This document shows positions 56,250-64,000 of a stretch of 64,000 nt of DNA, piece after piece (the stretch's first letter is position 1; every line of letters begins with the position of its first letter). The stretch covers positions 697,095 through 761,094 of the forward strand of contig JBKBWZ010000002.1 in the NCBI GenBank assembly GCA_046314385.1, given 5' to 3'. This DNA comes from Alphaproteobacteria bacterium (GTDB lineage: Bacteria; Pseudomonadota; Alphaproteobacteria; Micavibrionales; UBA2020). A program made the position numbers and the translations under genes. Below the pieces are notes generated by a model. The model was not told where the DNA came from. It made no database searches and saw only the letters and a list, made by a program, of their open reading frames with translations.

Positions 56250-58763
56250 CTAGAGCGAACTGTCGATGACTTCTTTCACCTTGGTCGCCAGTTGCTTGAG
56301 CGTAAAAGGTTTGGGCAGGAACCAAACGTCAGCACCCAGATGCTCTTTGAATTTGTCCTCGGCATAACCGGAGATAAAGATAATCTTGATCTGCGGGTAT
56401 TTTTCTTTGACATGTCTGGCAAGCGTTGTGCCGTCCATTTCCGGCATCATGACGTCGGTGACAAGGATTTCAGGCACGACATTGCTTTCTTCGAGAAGCT
56501 TCAGCGCCGCCGTGCCGCCGGGGGCATCCAGTACCTGATACCCCTTGTTGGACAGGGCGCGCGCGCTGAAGGTGCGCACGGCGTCCTCGTCTTCGACCAG
56601 CAGAATACGCGCAGAACCGGTCAGGTCGCTGGCGGATTGTTTTTCTTCGATGATTTCGGCTTTGTGCTCGCCCGTTACATCGGTGAAGCGGGGCAGATAA
56701 ATCGTAAAGCTCGTGCCCTTGCCAAGATTGCTGTTGACCGAGATAAAACCGCCGGTCTGGTGAATGATGCCGTGCACGGTGGCAAGGCCAAGGCCGGTGC
56801 CCGCGCCAACGTCTTTGGTCGAAAAGAAAGGCTCGAAAATACGCGGCAAAATATCGGGCGGAATACCGGTGCCGGTGTCTTCGACGGCAATCGTCACCCA
56901 TTCGCCTGCAGGCAGGATGTCGTCATTCGACAGGCGCAGTTCCTGCTTGTTTGACAGGTTTTGCGTTTTGATTTTTACCTTGCCGCCCTGCGGCATGGCG
57001 TCGCGCGCATTCACGACAAGGTTGATCAGCACCTGATCCATCTGGCCCTGATCGGCCTTGATCAGGCCAAGATCGTTGCCATGCGTCAGGTCCAGTTCGA
57101 TATTCGCGCCAATCAACCGGCGCAGCAGATGCGACAGTTCGCTTAAAACGTCGGTCATATCCAAAACGCGCGGCTGCAACGTCTGCTGGCGCGAGAAGGC
57201 GAGCAGCTGGCGCACAAGGTTTGCCGCGCGGTTGGCGTTTTGTTTGATCTGCATGATATCGGCAAAAGACGGATCACCCGGCTTGTGCCGCAGCAGCAAA
57301 AGATCGCAAAAGCCGATCATCGCCGTCAGCAGGTTGTTAAAGTCGTGCGCAATACCGCCGGCCAGTTGTCCCACGGCCTGCATTTTTTGCGATTGGGTGA
57401 ATTGCTTTTCAAGGTTTTTCTGGTCGGTCAGGTCGATGAAGTGCAGAACAAAACTGTCGCCAGATTTGAATTTCCGCGCATAAACCTGCGCCACGATTTC
57501 AATCGATCCGCGCAGCGGGATTTCGATATAGGACTCTGCACGAATGCCGCGCGAAAGATTTTTTAACCATTCTTCGGCACGCACCTGTGCCTCGACATCC
57601 ACAAAATACAGCAGCGGCTTGCCGTTCAGCGCATTGACAGGCAGCTTCATCATGGCGGCCAGCGTCTGGTTGCAGTCGCTGATAACGCCGGCCGCGTTCA
57701 GCAGACAGATGCCGACGGGGGCTTCTTCGAACAAACGCTCGAAACGGTCTTCGGATTCGCGCAGTGCCTGCTGCATCTTTTGTTCCGTCGTCAGGTCATA
57801 GACGATGGAGCGTGAAATGACGCCGCCATCTTCGCCGCGGGTGATGGAATGCGTGATGGCTGCCTTGAAGACGCGGCCGCCCGCGCCTTTCATCAAAAGC
57901 TCGCCGTGTTGGTGATAGCCGCCTTCGTCAAAACAGTCGAAGGGGCGGCCTTTGGCCGGCGGGGAGACGAGGAAGTCGTGCAGCTTGAGTTTGCCGATCA
58001 GCGTTTTTTCATCGGTGCCGAAAAGGCGCAGCAGGGTGTCGTTGGCGAAACGGAACTTGCCATCTTCGTCCACGGTAAAAAAGCCGACCGGCGCGTTGTC
58101 GGTAAAATCGCGCAGCTTTTCGCGCTCTTCGCGGATAGCGGATTCCATCTGGTGGCGGTGGGTGATGTCGTCAAAACGCCACTGTACATAGCCGTTCCAG
58201 CCGACAATATGCTGGCAGGTGACTTGAAACCATGTCTGCTTGCCGCGGATGCGGGTATGGATTTCCGTGCTGGCCGATCCGGCGGGCGCTGCTTTTGTCT
58301 GCAGGTCGTGCAGCTGTTTTTCGATTTTGCCGGAATGTTCGAACAGGCGGGTGAAAGCATGCAGGTCGCGCGTGCCCAGACCTTCGACCAGTTTATTAAA
58401 CCGCTCGTTGGTATAGATGGTATCGTTATCGGGGCTGGTGATGATACGGGCTTCGGCGCTTTTCTCCAGAACCTCGGTCAGGATCTGGCGGCTGCGGTCA
58501 ACTTTTGTATACAGCTTGTTCAGCAAAAGAATACAGACGCCGCCCAAAAGCCCGTATAAATAAATGGCGAACATCGACATCTGGACGCTGCCATAGGCCT
58601 GAATGTAGAAAACCAGCAAAATGACAAAGCCATAGCCCGCGCTGGCCACAAACAGCATGATATTTTTCCATTTGCGCGCGGTGGCTTCTTTTTGGCGCGA
58701 CGGCGGTTCGGGTCTTTTTTCTAGAAAAAAGCCGCTGTGTTCGGGCTGTGGCGCGCTGGTCAC
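56250..58763 (-). CDS. cckA: hybrid sensor histidine kinase/response regulator, CckA-like
   Basis: Two N-terminal TM helices, PAS domains, H-box [18 protein letters not shown], an HATPase domain (DTGTGI, GTGLGL), and a C-terminal receiver (ILLVEDED...[10 protein letters not shown]...K). Confidence 0.6.
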   Translation of the reverse strand: MTSAPQPEHSGFFLEKRPEPPSRQKEATARKWKNIMLFVASAGYGFVILLVFYIQAYGSVQMSMFAIYLYGLLGGVCILLLNKLYTKVDRSRQILTEVLEKSAEARIITSPDNDTIYTNERFNKLVEGLGTRDLHAFTRLFEHSGKIEKQLHDLQTKAAPAGSASTEIHTRIRGKQTWFQVTCQHIVGWNGYVQWRFDDITHRHQMESAIREEREKLRDFTDNAPVGFFTVDEDGKFRFANDTLLRLFGTDEKTLIGKLKLHDFLVSPPAKGRPFDCFDEGGYHQHGELLMKGAGGRVFKAAITHSITRGEDGGVISRSIVYDLTTEQKMQQALRESEDRFERLFEEAPVGICLLNAAGVISDCNQTLAAMMKLPVNALNGKPLLYFVDVEAQVRAEEWLKNLSRGIRAESYIEIPLRGSIEIVAQVYARKFKSGDSFVLHFIDLTDQKNLEKQFTQSQKMQAVGQLAGGIAHDFNNLLTAMIGFCDLLLLRHKPGDPSFADIMQIKQNANRAANLVRQLLAFSRQQTLQPRVLDMTDVLSELSHLLRRLIGANIELDLTHGNDLGLIKADQGQMDQVLINLVVNARDAMPQGGKVKIKTQNLSNKQELRLSNDDILPAGEWVTIAVEDTGTGIPPDILPRIFEPFFSTKDVGAGTGLGLATVHGIIHQTGGFISVNSNLGKGTSFTIYLPRFTDVTGEHKAEIIEEKQSASDLTGSARILLVEDEDAVRTFSARALSNKGYQVLDAPGGTAALKLLEESNVVPEILVTDVMMPEMDGTTLARHVKEKYPQIKIIFISGYAEDKFKEHLGADVWFLPKPFTLKQLATKVKEVIDSSL

Positions 58764-58890
58764 GTGGTGGTCTCCCCCTTGGGTATTTTTTGTCGCGGGC
58801 GTGCAGGCGTTATTTTATCACCGCCGGCTTAAAAATCCACGCACTATACGGGGCAAACCTCGGTTCGCCTGTCCATAATCTGCCGAGGTT

Positions 58891-59970
58891 TCAAAGCTTG
58901 CGGCCCTTGAGACGGAAAACGTAGGAAATGACTTCGGCCACGGCCTTGAAATGTTCAGGCGGGATCATCTGGCCCAATTCCATGCCGTCAAAGAGGGCGC
59001 GCGCCAGCGGCGGGTTTTCGACCAGCGGTATTTTATGATCTTTGGCCAGCGCGCGGATACGCTCGGCCACCGCATCGGTGCCTTTGGCGACCAGAACCGG
59101 CGCGTCCATATTAAGCGTGTCGTATTTCAGGGCGATGGCATAGTGGGTTGGGTTGGTGATGACAACGTCGGCTTCCGGCACGGCCTGCATCATGCGCTGG
59201 CGCGCGCGCTGTTCGCGCAGCTGGCGCAGCTTGCCTTTGACATGCGGGTCACCTTCGGTCTGTTTGAACTCGTCCTTGATCTCCTGCTTGCTCATCATCA
59301 TCTTTTTCATGAAGTCATAGCGCTGGTACATATAATCCAGTATTGCAACGACAAACAAAATACCCAGCGCCGCCGCCATCATGCGTATAAACAGCATACG
59401 CAGGTCATAGAGTGCATCCGTGAAGTTCTGTCCGACAAAATGCTCCACGCCGCCGAAATACGGGTATAGCACCATCAGGCAAGCGCCAAAGATAATCACA
59501 AGCTTGATGATGCCTTTGAGGAATTCGACGATCGAGCGCAGTGAAAACAGCCGCTCGAAGCCCTTGATGGGGGATATTTTCGACAGGCTCGGCTTCATCG
59601 GCTCCGGCGTGAACAGCGGGCCGACCTGCACAAACCCCGACATAAAACCCGTAAACATCAGCGCCAGAAAAGGCAGCGCAAGGATCGCGCCGATATCGAG
59701 CAAAAGGTCACCGACCACGCCGCGCAAACCCACAGGGTCGGTCGGCAGGGCGTGCGCCAATTCAAAAAATATTTTCAGCCGGTCTTTGATCGCGCCCAAC
59801 AGGCCGGGGCCGGCCATGCCGACAACCAGCGTGCCCGCAAACAGCATCAGCCAGTTGTTGACTTCGCGGCTTTGAATAACCTGTCCGCGTTTATGCGCTT
59901 CTTCCAGTTTTCGGGCGGTGGGGTCTTCTGTCTTTTGACTCTTGTCTGTATTATCATCGCCTTCGGCCAT
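58891..59970 (-). CDS. flhB: flagellar biosynthesis protein FlhB
   Basis: TEDPTARKLEEAHKRGQV N-terminus, four TM helices, and the NPTH autocleavage site (VVITNPTHYAIALKY). Confidence 0.93.
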   Translation of the reverse strand: MAEGDDNTDKSQKTEDPTARKLEEAHKRGQVIQSREVNNWLMLFAGTLVVGMAGPGLLGAIKDRLKIFFELAHALPTDPVGLRGVVGDLLLDIGAILALPFLALMFTGFMSGFVQVGPLFTPEPMKPSLSKISPIKGFERLFSLRSIVEFLKGIIKLVIIFGACLMVLYPYFGGVEHFVGQNFTDALYDLRMLFIRMMAAALGILFVVAILDYMYQRYDFMKKMMMSKQEIKDEFKQTEGDPHVKGKLRQLREQRARQRMMQAVPEADVVITNPTHYAIALKYDTLNMDAPVLVAKGTDAVAERIRALAKDHKIPLVENPPLARALFDGMELGQMIPPEHFKAVAEVISYVFRLKGRKL

Positions 59971-59981
59971 GGCATTCCTCC

Positions 59982-60755
59982 CTAAAGGCCGAGCAGGCGC
60001 GATACGGCGCCGGCGTAATTGTTAAGCCAGAACAGCATACCCGCCGACAAAACCATGGTCAGCATGATAAGGCTCATCAGAATCTGCACGGGCAGGGCGA
60101 GGAAGAAAATCTGGATTTGCGGCATCAGGCGCCCCAAAAGACCAAAGGTGGTATGAACAAGAAGCCCGACAACAATAAACGGCAGCGCAATCTGGATACC
60201 GGTGGCAAAAGCAACCGAAACGCTGCGCGCGATAATATCCGACACTGACCCTGTATCGGGAAAAAGTCCCTGCGCGGGAAACAGAATATAGCTATCCGCG
60301 ACTGTGGCCAGCAGGAAATGGTGCAGATTGGTTACAAAAATCAGGGTCAGACCCAGCATCGAATAGAGCGCACCGATCAGTGATCCTTGCGTTGCTGTGG
60401 CCGGGTTGAAAACCATGGCGTTGGCAAAACCCGCCTGCAGCGAAATCGCCGCACCGGCCGTATCGAGCGCGGACATCAGGATACGCATGACGGTGCCGAT
60501 AAAAAGGCCGATGAAGGCTTCGGACAGCAATAGCAGGATCAGCGCAGGCGTAGACGCCGGCATGGCGGGCAGTGCGGTTGCCAGCACGGGCGTCAGAATA
60601 AAACAAAAAGAAACAGCAAACAGCAGGCGTATCTGCGGCGTGACAAAGCTGTCACCAATGCCGGGCATCAGCATCAGCGCCGTGCCAAAACGCATAAAAA
60701 TCAGCAAAAAGGCAAAAATATTGCCAACGACGATTTGTTGCAGCAGGGATTCCAT
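59982..60755 (-). CDS. fliR: flagellar biosynthetic protein FliR
   Basis: 257-aa polytopic protein located between fliQ and flhB, with FliR-type blocks (RFGTALMLMPGIG, GFANAMVFNP). Confidence 0.88.
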   Translation of the reverse strand: MESLLQQIVVGNIFAFLLIFMRFGTALMLMPGIGDSFVTPQIRLLFAVSFCFILTPVLATALPAMPASTPALILLLLSEAFIGLFIGTVMRILMSALDTAGAAISLQAGFANAMVFNPATATQGSLIGALYSMLGLTLIFVTNLHHFLLATVADSYILFPAQGLFPDTGSVSDIIARSVSVAFATGIQIALPFIVVGLLVHTTFGLLGRLMPQIQIFFLALPVQILMSLIMLTMVLSAGMLFWLNNYAGAVSRLLGL

Positions 60756-60765
60756 CGCCCCGCGC

Positions 60766-61032
60766 CTAACTGATGCCGACGATCTTGTCGGCGATTTTTT
60801 CGGTGAAGGCGATCAAGGCCTGCGCCATCATCGGCAGCAGCAGGAAAATGGCAAGAAAGATGGTGATGATCTTGGGCACGAAGGCGAGGGTCATTTCCTG
60901 TATCTGCGTCAGCGCCTGTACCAGTGCGATGATCAGGCCGGTAACCAGACCGACCATCATGATGGGCCCTGCGATCCGGATAACCAGCAGGATCGCTTCG
61001 CGGGTGATGTCGATGATTTCAGCTTCGTTCAT
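60766..61032 (-). CDS. fliQ: flagellar biosynthetic protein FliQ
   Basis: 88 aa with two TM helices and the LVQALTQIQEMTLAFVPKI signature. Confidence 0.9.
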   Translation of the reverse strand: MNEAEIIDITREAILLVIRIAGPIMMVGLVTGLIIALVQALTQIQEMTLAFVPKIITIFLAIFLLLPMMAQALIAFTEKIADKIVGIS

Positions 61033-61086
61033 CGGGCTGCGCCTTCGTTTTTGGCTGCGGCGGCCCTGGCTGTACGGAAAGCCCCG

Positions 61087-61413
61087 TCAGATGGGCGTGC
61101 GCATGATTTCTTGATAAGCTTGCACCACTCTGTCCCTGACCGCAAGGACTGTGTTCAGCGCCACTTCGGCATCATTCACGGCTTGCAGCACATCCGTCAT
61201 ATCTGCCTGACCGAGGAGGGATGCCGCGGCCGTTTTTTCGCTCCGGTGCTGCGCGTCGACCGCGCTCTGGGCGGATTGTTTCAGAATTTCGCCAAAAGAC
61301 GGCGCGCCCGCAGGGATGGCGCTGCCTTTTGCGATATCGGCAGCCGCGCCGCCGCCTTGCACCTGTTTCAGGGTATTCAGATAAGCGCCGGCTGCGTCAT
61401 TGATGTTTACCAT
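61087..61413 (-). CDS. fliE: flagellar hook-basal body complex protein FliE
   Basis: 108 aa. FGEILKQS, AL..V..VRDRVVQAYQEIMRTPI C-terminus. Confidence 0.88.
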   Translation of the reverse strand: MVNINDAAGAYLNTLKQVQGGGAAADIAKGSAIPAGAPSFGEILKQSAQSAVDAQHRSEKTAAASLLGQADMTDVLQAVNDAEVALNTVLAVRDRVVQAYQEIMRTPI

Positions 61414-61442
61414 ATCTGTATTCCTTCTGTCTTTATATTATA

Positions 61443-61853
61443 TCAGCTGCGCAGCAAATCGACCATGCGCATCAGCATCGCGCGCGACATTTCAATCACG
61501 CCAAGGTTGGCTTCGTATGATCGCTGCGCTTCCCGCATGTCCATCATCTCGATCAGGCTGTTGACGTTGGGGGTACGGATATAGCCCAGCTCGTCGGCAG
61601 CGGGGTGGCTGGGGTCGTATTTGATCAGAAAATCACTTTTGTCATTTTCAATGCGGTCGACCGATACGTGGCGCACGCCTTCGGTGCGGTCCATTTCATT
61701 TTTAAAGGTAACGACCTGACGGCGGTACGGGTCTTGTCCTGCGGCCGAGGGGGTGGTGTCGGCATTGGCAAGGTTCTCTGAAATCACCTTCATGCGCACG
61801 CCCTGCGCTTTCATCCCCTGTGCGGCCAGTGCCATTGCTTTGACGAGATCCAT
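61443..61853 (-). CDS. flgC: flagellar basal-body rod protein FlgC
   Basis: ISENLANADTT, PNVN, EMMDMREAQRSYEAN signature. Confidence 0.92.
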   Translation of the reverse strand: MDLVKAMALAAQGMKAQGVRMKVISENLANADTTPSAAGQDPYRRQVVTFKNEMDRTEGVRHVSVDRIENDKSDFLIKYDPSHPAADELGYIRTPNVNSLIEMMDMREAQRSYEANLGVIEMSRAMLMRMVDLLRS

Positions 61854-61882
61854 GTGATCCTCCCGTTACTTAACCTGATATC

Positions 61883-62350
61883 TTATTGTGATCTGATAGC
61901 TGTTTTCAGCATATCGATGTTTTTTTGGTACAAATTGGTGATAAAACGATGGCTCGTATAGGTATCGTTCATCTTCAAAAGCTGTTCTTCCAGCACCACG
62001 GCATTTCCTGCCGGGGCGACTTCGTAGGGTCTTTTTTGCTGCTTTTCCTGCGGGTTGACGGTGCCAGCTGAAGTGCCGCCGACATTCATATGCGCCGCGT
62101 TGGTGATGGCAAGGCCGGAGGCCGCCGGTGCGGCGCTGCCCGCCCCGATACCGGCAATACCGGCATTCAGTGAAAGTGAACTGGACGTTTTCGACAGCAT
62201 CGCCTTGAAATTAATGGGGGTTATTTCATTTGGGCGATAGCCGGGTGTATCGGCATTGGCGATATTCTGCGCGATGACTTTCTGGCGTTCTTCCAGCCAG
62301 TCCATTTTTTGCGCCATCGCCTTGAGCAGTGTCAGATTTTGAGTGGTCAT
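61883..62350 (-). CDS. flgB: flagellar basal-body rod protein FlgB (with an Ala/Gly/Ser-rich internal insertion)
   Basis: IAQNIANADTPGYR motif. 155 aa, longer than the usual ~130 aa because of SSSLSLNAGIAGIGAGSAAPAASGLAI. Confidence 0.85.
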   Translation of the reverse strand: MTTQNLTLLKAMAQKMDWLEERQKVIAQNIANADTPGYRPNEITPINFKAMLSKTSSSLSLNAGIAGIGAGSAAPAASGLAITNAAHMNVGGTSAGTVNPQEKQQKRPYEVAPAGNAVVLEEQLLKMNDTYTSHRFITNLYQKNIDMLKTAIRSQ

Positions 62351-62549
62351 TTTTTACCCCTTCGCACAGGTATCAACAGAAGCAATGCAAGCTCCGTGCC
62401 ATAACTGTATAGACGTCTAAATCTCCCCATACCGACTATAGCACAGCCGATTCGGGGCGGGAGAGTTTCTTTGCGTGCGGGGTGTAATAAGGACGTTAAG
62501 CTTTCGTTCATTTTTGCTAGACTGGCCAAAGCCGAAGGGGAGGCGACGC

Positions 62550-62903
62550 ATGACCGCCGACAACGAAAAAGAAACGCCGGAAAAAAGCCGCCGCGCCGCC
62601 GCCGTGGCGCTCAAGAAATATGGAATAGAAGAAAGCGCCCTGCCCAAAGTCGTCGCGGCGGGCTATGGCAAGCTGGCCGAGCAGATCGTCGAGATCGCTT
62701 TCCAGAACGGCGTCAAGGTGCGCGAAGACAAAGATCTCGCCCAGATGCTCGCCGCGATCGAAATCGACAGCGAAATACCGAGCGAGGCACTGCTCGCCAT
62801 TGCCGAAGTACTGGCCTATGTTTACAAAGCGAACGGAACGTATCAATCTAGCAAAAGCGACAACAAGGACACCCCGCCCGATGACCAGTACAGAGACGCC
62901 TGA
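62550..62903 (+). CDS. stand-alone FlhB C-terminal-domain homolog (EscU/YscU/HrcU family, YlqH-like)
   Basis: AVALKYGIEESALPKVVAAGYGKLAEQIVEIAFQNGVKVREDKDLAQMLAAIEIDSEIP matches the post-NPTH part of FlhB. GGGAGG SD before the ATG at 62550. Confidence 0.75.
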   Translation: MTADNEKETPEKSRRAAAVALKKYGIEESALPKVVAAGYGKLAEQIVEIAFQNGVKVREDKDLAQMLAAIEIDSEIPSEALLAIAEVLAYVYKANGTYQSSKSDNKDTPPDDQYRDA

Positions 62904-63162
62904 AACCGGCGACATTGCCCAGCAACTCAAATCCGTTCTCGACTACGTCAAGGACTGCGACCGCCGCGTTCATATGGGCGAGATCATGGATCTCGACGGG
63001 CTGGACGACAAGGTCATGAAAATTTGCGATGTCGTTGCATCCCTGTCGCAAGAAGAGGCGCAGGTCTTCGAAGCGCAAATGGGTGTGCTGATTACCGAGC
63101 TCGAAAAACTCGCCAAATCGATGCAGGAACAACAAATGAAAATCGACAGCGGGGAGCGCTGA
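62881..63162 (+). CDS. hypothetical 93-aa acidic helical protein in the flagellar cluster
   Basis: ATG at 62881 overlaps the upstream gene by 23 nt and the ORF ends 3 nt before fliO. No family recognised. Confidence 0.45.
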   Translation: MTSTETPETGDIAQQLKSVLDYVKDCDRRVHMGEIMDLDGLDDKVMKICDVVASLSQEEAQVFEAQMGVLITELEKLAKSMQEQQMKIDSGER

Positions 63163-63165
63163 TCC

Positions 63166-63513
63166 ATGGACGCGGCAGGCCTCGACAGCGGCGAGATGTA
63201 TTTAAAGGTGATTTTCGCCTTCGCCTTTGTTGTGGCGCTGATGTTCGGCTTTTCGTGGCTGATGAAAAAACTCGGCCTTGCGACCCCCGGCATGACGGCG
63301 GGCGGTAAGCGGCGTTTGAAAATTGTCGAACATCTGGCGCTTGATACGCGCCGCCGCCTTGTGCTGGTGCGCCGCGACGACCGCGAACATTTAATTGTTA
63401 TCGGCGGTCAGGGCGGTGATTTGCTGGTGGAACGGGATATTCCCGCCGCCGCCGAAAATATCGCCGAAGTCACCCCCATGCCCCAGCAGAAGGATACGCA
63501 GAATGCAGGCTAG
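63166..63513 (+). CDS. fliO: flagellar biosynthetic protein FliO
   Basis: Single TM helix (VIFAFAFVVALMFGFSWLM), then RRLKIVEHLALDTRRRLVLVRRDDREHLIVIG, the FliO core. Lies directly upstream of fliP. Confidence 0.8.
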   Translation: MDAAGLDSGEMYLKVIFAFAFVVALMFGFSWLMKKLGLATPGMTAGGKRRLKIVEHLALDTRRRLVLVRRDDREHLIVIGGQGGDLLVERDIPAAAENIAEVTPMPQQKDTQNAG

Positions 63514-64000
63514 AAAAACAAGTTTCTGGCTGTTGTTGCTGGCCGTGGCGGCGGGGGCTTTTGCGCTTTTGCTGCCGCAGGATGCTTTCGCGCAAAGTTT
63601 GACGCTCAACCTCGGCGGCCCGACGGCGGCAGCCGATGGCGGCGGCGCGGACGGCGGGGGGTCGGTTGCCACGCGCGTCGTGCAGCTGGTGATGTTGCTG
63701 ACGATCTTGTCGCTGGCGCCCAGTATTCTGATGATGATGACATCGTTCACGCGCATCGTCGTGGTTCTGTCTTTCCTGCGCACGGCCATCGGCGCGCAGC
63801 AAACGCCGCCGAACACGGTCTTGGTCAGTCTGGCCATGTTTCTGACGCTGTTCATTATGATGCCGACATTTCAGGCGGCCTATGACCAGGGCATCCGCCC
63901 GATGATGGCCGAAGAAATCAGCGAGATCGAAGGCATCGAAAAAGCCGCCGTGCCGTTCAAGGAATTTATGCTCAAACACACGCGCGAAAAAGACCTCGCG
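63503..64000 (+). CDS. fliP: flagellar type III secretion protein FliP (5' part; runs off the window)
   Basis: ATG at 63503 and the frame is open to nt 64000. Signal peptide, then LLTILSLAPSILMMMTSFTRIVVVLSFLRTAIGAQQTPPN, the FliP signature. Not in the ORF track because there is no stop. Confidence 0.9.
   Translation, partial: MQARKTSFWLLLLAVAAGAFALLLPQDAFAQSLTLNLGGPTAAADGGGADGGGSVATRVVQLVMLLTILSLAPSILMMMTSFTRIVVVLSFLRTAIGAQQTPPNTVLVSLAMFLTLFIMMPTFQAAYDQGIRPMMAEEISEIEGIEKAAVPFKEFMLKHTREKDLA

Noticed and set aside
58855-58891. 9-bp inverted repeat AAACCTCGG / CCGAGGTTT with a 19-nt loop straddling the flhB stop codon
   Set aside because: It could be an attenuator between flhB and the cckA-like gene. 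However, the loop is long and no U-run follows on the minus strand, so I cannot support a terminator call.
62351-62549. Searched the flgB / flhB-C divergent region for a sigma54 (TGGCAC-N5-TTGC) promoter
   Set aside because: Only CTGGCC-N5-CCGAA was found. It lacks the GC element of the -12 box, so it is not a credible match.

Overview
High-GC chromosomal segment: hand-counted 60-nt lines in core genes are about 65% GC. It looks alphaproteobacterial on four grounds: a pcm-tolC-DUF2497/PopZ-like block, a CckA-type hybrid kinase, a GTTC-N7-GTTC SOS box upstream of recA, and the flagellar gene order. About 60 genes, mostly housekeeping. In order they include a Tat-signal FAD oxidase, a Kef-type antiporter, tRNA-Cys, glnE, an AsmA/YhdP-like giant protein, tyrS, anmK, Sua5/TsaC, lepA, a prolyl oligopeptidase, pgi and an M16 peptidase pair. 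These are followed by chorismate mutase, rsmB, rpe, rlmE, an IMPDH-family gene, a DUF58/BatA-type operon, slt, dapA, smpB, recA and a cckA-like kinase. The window ends in a flagellar export/rod cluster (flhB-fliR-fliQ-fliE-flgC-flgB, divergent from flhB-C-like, an orf, fliO and fliP) that runs off the right edge. I saw no transposase, integrase, CRISPR array or rRNA. Items worth a second look: (1) a tight three-gene cassette at 33.7-35.2 kb, with two protein-glutaminase-like (papain-fold Cys-His-Asp) paralogs bracketing a 68-aa ORF behind an extended -10, apparently leaderless promoter. This is my best candidate for an undescribed system. (2) A low-GC single-gene islet at 23.5-24.9 kb encoding a secreted protein with a TIMP-like Cys-x-Cys mature N-terminus fused to pentapeptide repeats. 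(3) An IMPDH gene at the conserved guaB locus whose catalytic motifs are degenerate. (4) An RsbW-like/REC/PP2C triple fusion coupled to a STAS protein. (5) An orphan small-ORF operon with a near-consensus promoter next to recA. (6) Several tandem and palindromic repeats. All functional calls come from by-eye motif recognition and recalled family signatures; no database search or computation was run.
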